42,802 nt of DNA from Trichomonas gallinae (taxonomy: Eukaryota), in NCBI GenBank assembly GCA_008369845.1, contig MRSU01004282.1:1-42802 (forward strand), given 5' to 3'. The notes under the pieces are model-generated. The model was not told the DNA's origin. It searched no databases and worked only from the letters and a program-made list of their open reading frames with translations. Position numbers and translations under genes: made by a program. Below, one piece after another: positions 1 to 8,480 of the stretch. Each line of letters begins with the position of its first letter. The stretch's first letter is position 1.

Positions 1-191
1 CTAACAATATGCACCACTTTGTAGGTGGTGCTAGTATCATCTAAAAAATAATTCTCTCGCTTAATTTTTTTAATTAATCGGCCCTAATACTCACTTTTGG
101 AGAGGTCATCTAAAAATAGACGATAGACTACTATTTGGCCGGAGCGGACTCATAAAAAATGTTGCTATTTTGAAGCAACCGACAATAATTT

Positions 192-3100
192 TTGATAATT
201 TTCTTATTCCTATCATTACACAGAGGTGCTCAGACTATTTCGGAGTACGGACCATCTTGCTGGGCCGGAAACCTCTCATTGACCGAAATTTTGATCGACG
301 GCGAAAGTAATACTATTGGCCAGAGATGCTTCTCAGGATGCACAAGTATCACAACAGTAACTATTTCGAATACAATCAATAATATTGGATCAAACGCGTT
401 CGAAAGTTGTTCAAATCTAGTCAGTTTTGACGCTCCTGGTGTCCAAATCATTGATGATAACGCATTCCTAAAATGCTCTTCTCTTGAAAGCATTTCATTC
501 AAAGAAGTTAATGAGATCAAAAGTGGTTCATTCAAAGAATGCACGAAACTATCCTCAGTTACATTTGATAAACTTGATCAATGCAACGTTAATGCATTTG
601 ATGGCCTTTATGTCGAAAACCTGACAATCAAAAGCGACACAATAACAAATGGCATCAAATTCAATTGTTTTAAGAATATTTTCTTTCCAAATCTAATTCT
701 AATTCCAAGAGAGAGATTCAAGCAATGCGATAACGTTTTATATGTATCAGCCCCATCATTGAAAAGTGTTGGAATGTCATCATTTTATCAATGCACGAAT
801 TTAAGAGCAATCGATGTTCCTAATCTAACATCTATAGAAATTTGGTCATTTGCATTTTGCTCGAGTTTGCTAAGTTTCTCAGCACCACAATTGACAATTG
901 TCTCAGAGAATTCATTTAATGGATGCACAAATCTTAAGAACATTTATTTGCCAGCTGTAATAGATATTGAAGAATGTGCATTTTATAAATGCACATCACT
1001 AAGTGATGTTTCTTTTAATAATATAGAGTCGATTTCTTCAGATGCATTTGGACGATGCAACAACATTAATTCAATGACATTTGAACGACTGGAACGATGC
1101 AATTCCAATGCATTCCAAGGAACTATTGTCAATAATCTTACTATCAATAGCGCCTATTTTCCACGTGAAATGATTTTCAACACGTTTCAATATCTATTTT
1201 TCTCTAATATTCTCGAGATACCAAATCGATTTCAAAGTTGTTAAAATATAATAGGAATCAATGCTGCTCATGCAAAAACTGTTTTAAACTCAGCATTTTC
1301 CGGATGCACAAATTTAGTTACAGTCTATATTCCATCTGCTGAAACCATAGGAGACAGTTCATTCTCTGGTTGTAATTCATTATCTTTTATTGATTTGCCA
1401 TATGCTCCTTCTATTGGTTCATCAGCATTTTTAAATTGCAAAGCATTAGAAACAATTAATATTCCAAATGTTGAAATTATAAAAGACAGCTCTTTTTCTG
1501 GATGCCCAAGTCTGATAAATATTGATGCTCCAAAATTAATATCAATAGGAAGTCAAACATTCTGGGATTGTGTAAATCTAACAAATTTTGATTCACCATT
1601 ATTACAAACAATTGGTACAAGTGCATTTTATGGTTGCAAAAATCTTAAAGATATTTCATTCCCAAATTTAACAGTGATTCCTGGAAGTGCTTTTAGAAAC
1701 TGTATATCATTTGTTAACTTATCTTTTAAATTTATTTCAAACATTGAACATTATGCATTTTATGGTTGTTCCAATCTTTCTTCAATTTCATTTGACCAAC
1801 TTTATCGATGCAATTCTGATGCTTTTAATGGAAATATTAATAATATCACAATTAAAAATGATCCATTTCCAAATGATATTAATTTAAGATCATTCGGATT
1901 CATCAATTTATCATTTATGAAAAATATTCCTGATGGCAAATTTAGTGCAGTTACATCTCTTAAAGAAATATATGCACCACAAGTTCAAAGTATAGGAGAA
2001 AGTTCATTTTATTCGTGCAAATCATTGGAACAAATCGATTTTCCTGAATTGATAACAGCAGGACGATCTGCATTTCAAGGTTGTACAAATTTGACAACTG
2101 TTTATCTGCCAAATGTAACTATACTTGGGAATTATGCATTTGGTGACTGTACAAGATTGAAAGAGGCATCACTTCCTTCGTTAAAAGAAATACCATATGG
2201 TCTGTTCTGTAGATGCACAGCATTGGAAAATATTTCATTTGGTAATGTAGTAAAGTCATTGGAAATTTTAGTATTTTATGAATGCATTAATATCAAAAAT
2301 GTTTATTTCGAGAGCATTGGTCCATTGAATAACTTAGATACAACTATTCCAAATCTTACAATTATGAATAAAACACTTGATCATGAAATTTTTCTCGATA
2401 ATGCTAAAAGACTCAATTTTCCAGAATTGATTGAAATCAAGGATTACATTTTCTACAATAATATTTACGACCATATCAATGAAATCAATATGCCAAAAAT
2501 CAAACATATAGGTACATATGGCTTAAATAAATTTAGAGGATTAAAATCAATTGATTTTCCCTTACTTGAAACAGTAGGCGATAATGCTCTTCCTTCGAGT
2601 TCTCAATTTACATCAATCAACTTACCAAATTTAATTTCAATGGGATCGAATGTTTTCAGCGGAAACAACATCATCACAAGTCTTAATTTTCCCAATCTTG
2701 TATCAATTGGTGACAATTCATTTGCTAATTTCAAAAAGTTGACAACATTTACTGCACCAAAGTTGAAAACGATCGGTAGTGGAACATTCTCAAATTGTGA
2801 TATGCTTGAAAATTTAGAATTCAGTATTTTGGAATCTATTGGCAACAGTGCTTTCATTGGATGCGACAAGTTAACAACATTTTCTGCACCAAATGCCACA
2901 ATTATTGGTTCATCAGCATTCTCACAATGCTCAACTTTATCATCAATTAAAATCGACAATGTGACCAATATTGGTACAAATGCTTTTTATCAGTGCACAA
3001 AACTAACAACAATTAACTTGCAAAATGTTGAAATAATTTATGAAGGCACATTTTCACAATGCTCATCATTAACCATTGTTAACACTCCAAATGTTTATAA

Positions 3101-3722
3101 GATTCATAGTTCAGCATTCAGAGAATGTATATCATTGAAACAATTCGATTTCTTCCCTCAGTGCACCTCAGTAGGAAGTTATGCATTTTTCAATTCGGGT
3201 CTTTCAATGAACATAACATTGAAAGGTGGCGAAACAATTGGTGAATCAGCATTTTACAATCTTCAGTTTCATGTATTGACAATTCTTGATGATGGAACGC
3301 AAATCGGAGCAAATGCATTCGCGAAAAATCAGTTACTTCATGTTCTTAATCTTGCAAGCTGCAAAACATCTGTTGACTCTTTTAGTAATTGTTTTAATAT
3401 TAATGTTATGAATCTTAGCAGTGCGGATAATCTCAACTTCAATGGCGGCACATTTTCGCAAATCCATCTCTGTGTGTTTTACACAGGCACAACTGACATA
3501 ACCAATACGATAACTCGCAATGTGATTAAATCGATCACAAAGCTTGTTTTTGTCACCAAAGAATACAAACTCGAACAATTCTGCGATTTTAAAGTCATCA
3601 CTGGTTTATCTCACAAATGTCCACTTGAAGTCAAATGCGTAATTTACATTCAAACATGCGTATTAAAGTTGTCACGATTCAAGAATTTTATTTTTCATTT
3701 TATTTCTGTATTAAAATCTTAA
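192..3722 (+). pseudogene. BspA-like (TpLRR/LRR_5) leucine-rich-repeat surface protein, interrupted by one in-frame TAA and lacking an ATG start
   Basis: Many TpLRR units (e.g. IGSNAFESCSNLVSF, IGTSAFYGCKNLKDISFP). ORFs 192-1244 and 1395-3722 share a frame, and 1245-1394 reads on as LRR sequence (NIIGINAAHAKTVLNSAFSGCTNLVTVYIPSAETIGDSSFSGCNSL). The TAA is at 1242-1244. The hydrophobic N-terminus IIFLFLSL follows a TTG at 192. Confidence 0.85.
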
Positions 3723-3738
3723 TTTGCCTTATTAGAGC

Positions 3739-4221
3739 ATATATGCACCACATGTTCAAAATATAGGAATGGAATCATTTAGATATTGCACATCATTGGA
3801 AAAAATTGATTTTCCTGAATGATAAACATAGCATCATGGGCATTTTCATCTTGTTCAAGTTTGACAACGGTTTATCTCCCAAATGTAACCACAATAGGAG
3901 AGCATACATTTCGTGAATGTACAGGTTTGATAGAAGTTTCGCTTCTTTAAAAGAAATACCACCTGAACTGTTCTACGAATGCACAGCTTTGGAAAATGCT
4001 AAATTTGGTAATGTAACAAAAGTATCATCAGACCATTTGTTTTAGAAAACGAATACAAACTGGAAAAATTCTGCGATTTTCGTGTTATTGCTGGTATATC
4101 ATTCATCTGTCCACACAAAGAAAAAATGCGTATTTTATCTTCACTCATCCGTCCAAAAACCTTCCTATTGCAAGGAGGTTATTTTCCAAATCATATTTTC
4201 CTTGAAGAATCAGCGAAATAA
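3739..4221 (+). pseudogene. Degenerate, internally deleted BspA paralog fragment
   Basis: 3739-~4020 resembles ~1968-2252 (atatatgcaccaca..., gattttcctgaa, ccaaatgtaac, aaagaaatacca, tttggtaatgta). It then jumps to the C-terminal region: gaatacaaact..ttctgcgattt at ~4052-4080 matches ~3561-3590. Frameshifts and stops are present. Confidence 0.8.
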
Positions 4222-4524
4222 AATCTTCTATAATTTTTTGTTTAATAACATAATGATACTTCATTGCATATGAATACTAATATCGATTTTCTACAATGTA
4301 AATCAGTAAAAGGTTATTTTGAAGATAATGAAAATAGAGTTTGGGTAATATTTAGAATATCTTCCGAATTTACATCCTTATTGGCTCCTAATTTTGATCA
4401 ACATGAATCTAATATATGGTAATTTTACATTATAATCAGGATAAAAACAACAATAATTGCAAAAATGATAAAAGAATAATGATAAAACACATTAGAGATA
4501 TAATAAAATTTATCCGATAACACA

Positions 4525-5091
4525 CTAACAGCATTTTTTATGATCGTTTCGTTCTGCAGATTCTAAGTCAATCCTCTCTTCAATAATCACTTTACTTGAA
4601 CAAAGTTCAATAAGATATGAATCTAAAACATCAACATTAGTATTGTTCAATGCACTGATTTCAAAGTACGGTGCGTTTATTGAAGAAGCGTAATTTTTTC
4701 CTTCTTCTTCCGTAATTACGCGTTTATCTACTAAATCAATTTTATTTGCGATAACTACAAATGCTGCTTCAGGAGAGTATTCTATGTCATTATCATACCA
4801 TTGCGGAAGTTCATCAAATGAATTTCGATCTGTAACGTCGAATAGTAAACAAAAAATTTGCTGGTTTTGTATATATGGCCTCATTGTTTTAATATACTTA
4901 GGATCACCCGGTATATCTGTATATTTGATTCCAAAAGATTGGCCTTGATACGTAACAATTCGAAGATAATAATCAACGTTCAATGTTGGCCTTGTATTGG
5001 TGTCCTTGTTGATAAATTTATAGAATAGGGTGGATTTACCAACAAAGAACTTTCCATTGAACACAAGGTTTGTTTTCGGTCGTGATTGCAT
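4525..5091 (-). CDS. Divergent Rab-family small GTPase
   Basis: P-loop GKFFVGKS, switch I PTLNVDY, DIPG (DTAG equivalent), FDVTDRNSF, NKID, EISA, and a C-terminal CC prenylation motif. Confidence 0.92.
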   Translation of the reverse strand: MQSRPKTNLVFNGKFFVGKSTLFYKFINKDTNTRPTLNVDYYLRIVTYQGQSFGIKYTDIPGDPKYIKTMRPYIQNQQIFCLLFDVTDRNSFDELPQWYDNDIEYSPEAAFVVIANKIDLVDKRVITEEEGKNYASSINAPYFEISALNNTNVDVLDSYLIELCSSKVIIEERIDLESAERNDHKKCC

Positions 5092-5102
5092 TTTTGTAAT
5101 AT

Positions 5103-5110
5103 GTCACTTT
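5103..5110 (-). promoter_or_regulatory. M2-type trichomonad core promoter motif (AAAGTGAC) just upstream of the Rab ATG
   Basis: GTCACTTT on + at 5103-5110, 11 nt upstream of the start codon at 5091. Confidence 0.55.
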
Positions 5111-5782
5111 TTATTATAAAAAAGCCATCAAAATTTTGGATTTTTTAAGAGTCAACAAAATAATCCCACTGTCTCTTATACCAGACGATATGTGCACAAT
5201 TGTCATAATTATATTGTTTTGCTATTATTCTCATATATGAATTTGTTTTAATTTTGTCAATGAATTTTCATGTTTGAAACTGTCAAGTCATTTAATCTAT
5301 CTAATATTCCAATACATTATCTAGAAATAATGCAAGAGCAAATCTATTCTCTTCCTATATTATAACTTGATATCAAAGCAATTTTATATTTTTGACACGT
5401 AAAATTTTGATTAAAAGGTGTGGACACATGGTCTTGCCAGTGAATGCTAAGTTAGTTCCAATCAACTACGATTTTAGACTTAGAACATTAACATGGTGAA
5501 TTTTTGACAAATGTCAGATTTTTTCAGTGATCATAAAATAAAAAAGTGAAAAAATATAGAGATGTACCCTATATATTCTTTCTGAATTTAATTTTTAGAT
5601 TTGTCATTTCTTATAGATCATACATTAATAAAATTTCAATGATTCTTCAGTAGTATGATGAGAAATATCATCCTTTTTTTTTCATGTAAGGAAATTTATG
5701 ACATGTAAATTAATATATATAAAATTGACAATGTTTGTCATGATCGTAAAATTTGAGAATAAGAAACATTTTTTTATTTTCC

Positions 5783-6232
5783 ATGAGTGAAGGTGCTGTT
5801 ACTTACGAGTTATTCCATGTAACTAAATCGGAGAACAAAAATTATGTTGTCTATGAACTCGTGATGGACAAAAAGGATCCACAGAAGATGGATACTGTAA
5901 TTGCTTATTGGATTAGAGCGAATGAAGATGGTAGAAGGAGAGATCTTAAGTGGATAGAGAAACAAATTGGTTACGGTGTTAGGATTGATGAAGCTAAAAG
6001 TGATAACATTCGTTTCCACGTTGTTGCATTATCTAATTACGTATTAACAGCCATAAAATTAGGTGACAAATACGTTTGCAAGGGAATAATAAGCGGTGTG
6101 GAATCTGTTATCGAAACAATTTACATTGATGTCACTACAGAAAAATTCATTCCACATGTTAAATCGATAACAGTTTCTGGAAAAGCGATCGAAGATGGTA
6201 GGGATGTATCAGAAGTGATTACAAAATCATAA
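5783..6232 (+). CDS. DUF4833-like protein (family mainly known from bacteria)
   Basis: First ATG at 5783 (MSEGAVTY). The pattern LFHVTKSENKNYVVYE...YWIR..EDG.R.DL..IEK.IGYG resembles DUF4833 as recalled; not checked by search. Confidence 0.65.
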   Translation: MSEGAVTYELFHVTKSENKNYVVYELVMDKKDPQKMDTVIAYWIRANEDGRRRDLKWIEKQIGYGVRIDEAKSDNIRFHVVALSNYVLTAIKLGDKYVCKGIISGVESVIETIYIDVTTEKFIPHVKSITVSGKAIEDGRDVSEVITKS

Positions 6233-6593
6233 CATCGAATAATGAGTCACTTATTTATTAATCGCATTATTATTATTGAATAGACAACAAATGAATAGCA
6301 TTTATCGATACCACTATTACAGATTATATCAACACTTAGAGTCTTTATAATGATTTACCATGTTATATTTTTTGAAAAAAATTAAAATTTATTATTTTGA
6401 CTTTTTTGTTACATAACAAACTCTACTTCGCTATAAATATACTTAGATTTTCATCCTTACGTTCCATTTCGAGATTCGATATTGCGGATTGAATATTATA
6501 CGTACAGAATTGGAAAATTCTCAAACAGTTTGTATACTTGTGGTATATACGCTTATGCTACAACTAAAGCATATCGGAGAATGATAAATTAAT

Positions 6594-6634
6594 TTTTGTC
6601 ATGTAATGTGACAGATACATTTTACATGACAAAA
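6594..6634. repeat. 13-bp perfect inverted repeat upstream of the ankyrin gene
   Basis: ttttgtcatgtaa (6594-6606) and ttacatgacaaaa (6622-6634), separated by a 15-nt spacer. Confidence 0.8.
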
Positions 6635-6651
6635 TAAGTTATTAATACATT

Positions 6652-8031
6652 ATGCCCACAAGTATATATGAGAACATGATGAACAAGTATGGATACTTTC
6701 AAGATATCATTGATGGTATTTACAATATTAAGTCAGATGATCTTGACTCTCTTGTTTCTTTAATCATTAAAACATGCCAAACGAAAAAGATCGAATATCA
6801 AATAGTTTACTCTGTTATTTGCCAAATTTGTGATATAAGCATCTGTTACATTCGTGAATACTGGTATATCTTCGATCAAATTTATCAAATCTCCAAAATT
6901 ATGCCATACGAATTCAACAATTATAATAGTATTATTAAAATTCTATTTGCAAAGAAGTATAATATCAAATTGGTATGGAATGAATATACCAAATTATTTG
7001 AAGAAAAAAATTTTGATGAAGTTCTTAACTACTATGAGTCGGATCCAATCATGCGTTGCATAGTTCACGATGACATCAAATCTCTCAAGCAAATTATCGG
7101 ATCAACACTAGACTTTGACTATGATAAAGAAATATTTGGAAAATCTCTCATCGAAAATTGCTGCTTCTGTGGTTCACTTGAATGTTTCAAGTTTTTGAGG
7201 AGTAATGGAGTCGAAATTAATATATCATGCCTTAATTACAGCATCTGCGGCAGAAACAAATCTATCTTAAACGAATGCTTACAATATGTCAAGCCAGACA
7301 ATTCCACAAATGATATTATAATCGAAACGCACAACTTCGAAATGGCCCTTACATTTGAAGAGATGTATGGACTTGAAATTCATCCTTTTGTAGAATATTG
7401 TTATGAGATTCGATTGTTCTTTTATAAGATGTCTGATTCAGCAAATTTTGACAGTTTTTTAATTAGAAGTATTTATTTCAAAATTCCAGAACTCATTGAT
7501 GATATTATATCCTTTGGAGCAAATGTGAACGCAAAGAATGAATATGGCACAACACCATTATTAGAAGCTGTTAGATTGAATCTTGTTGATGTTATCACAA
7601 AGTTACTAGAACATGGTGCGAACATTGAATCAAAAACTGATAATGGAGACACTCCACTATATATAGCTGCTCGTTTCAATAGTGTCGATGCCATAGCAAA
7701 GTTGATTGAGCTTGGAGCAAATATTGAAGCAAAAAATAATGATGGTGAAACTCCATTACACCAAGCTGCTTCTATCAATAATATTGAAGCTATTGCGAAG
7801 TTAGTTGAACTCGGCGCTAACATTGACTCAAAGGACAAACATGGGGAAACACCATTATTTTATGCTGCAAAATGGGGAAACTCCAAAGCAGTCACAAAAT
7901 TGGTAGAACTCGGTGCAAACATCGAAGCAAAAGATGAAGATGACAGAACTCCATTATTTAAAGCACGTTATTGCTACAATCATGCCAAGGATATCGTAAA
8001 ATTGTTGACAGAACTTGGTGCAAAGAATTAA
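6652..8031 (+). CDS. Ankyrin-repeat protein with DUF3447-type N-terminal region (expanded trichomonad family)
   Basis: About 5 ankyrin repeats (GTTPLLEAV, GDTPLYIAA, GETPLHQAA, GETPLFYAA, ELGANIEAK). The upstream CCFCGSLECFKFLRSNG motif is typical of this family. Confidence 0.92.
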   Translation: MPTSIYENMMNKYGYFQDIIDGIYNIKSDDLDSLVSLIIKTCQTKKIEYQIVYSVICQICDISICYIREYWYIFDQIYQISKIMPYEFNNYNSIIKILFAKKYNIKLVWNEYTKLFEEKNFDEVLNYYESDPIMRCIVHDDIKSLKQIIGSTLDFDYDKEIFGKSLIENCCFCGSLECFKFLRSNGVEINISCLNYSICGRNKSILNECLQYVKPDNSTNDIIIETHNFEMALTFEEMYGLEIHPFVEYCYEIRLFFYKMSDSANFDSFLIRSIYFKIPELIDDIISFGANVNAKNEYGTTPLLEAVRLNLVDVITKLLEHGANIESKTDNGDTPLYIAARFNSVDAIAKLIELGANIEAKNNDGETPLHQAASINNIEAIAKLVELGANIDSKDKHGETPLFYAAKWGNSKAVTKLVELGANIEAKDEDDRTPLFKARYCYNHAKDIVKLLTELGAKN

Positions 8032-8480
8032 GCAATTATACAATAGGCAAAGATGACAAAATTCTGGTATTCGTCAAAGAATTTTATATTCAGATTTTAA
8101 TAATATGCGTAACCAGTTTCTTTTTAAAGCGACAAAGATAGTTTCTAGAAATCCAATTTCAACATTATTCATATGCATGTATAATGATTAAATGATTAAA
8201 ACTATAAGACTTGGATTTCGTTAGGAAGATAATTTCAGGTACATTTACTCATTTTGATTAAATTTTATTGAGTTTTAAAAATCCAAAAGAATTCTAGCAA
8301 ATAATGAATAAAAAGAATACATTATATCCCATATATTATATTTATCGTAATGATATTTTTTAAAAAATTGATTTTGATTTTTCAAGATTTTTTTCTTGAG
8401 ATTCAAGGAAAATAACCGAGAAATAGTATATAAAGAATCCATTTTTGTATCAGAAATCACAAAAATTTTAAGAGACAAAA

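Noticed and set aside
5445..5489. Weak branched hairpin between Rab and the DUF4833-like gene
   Set aside because: The stems are short and AT-rich, which is plausible by chance at this base composition.
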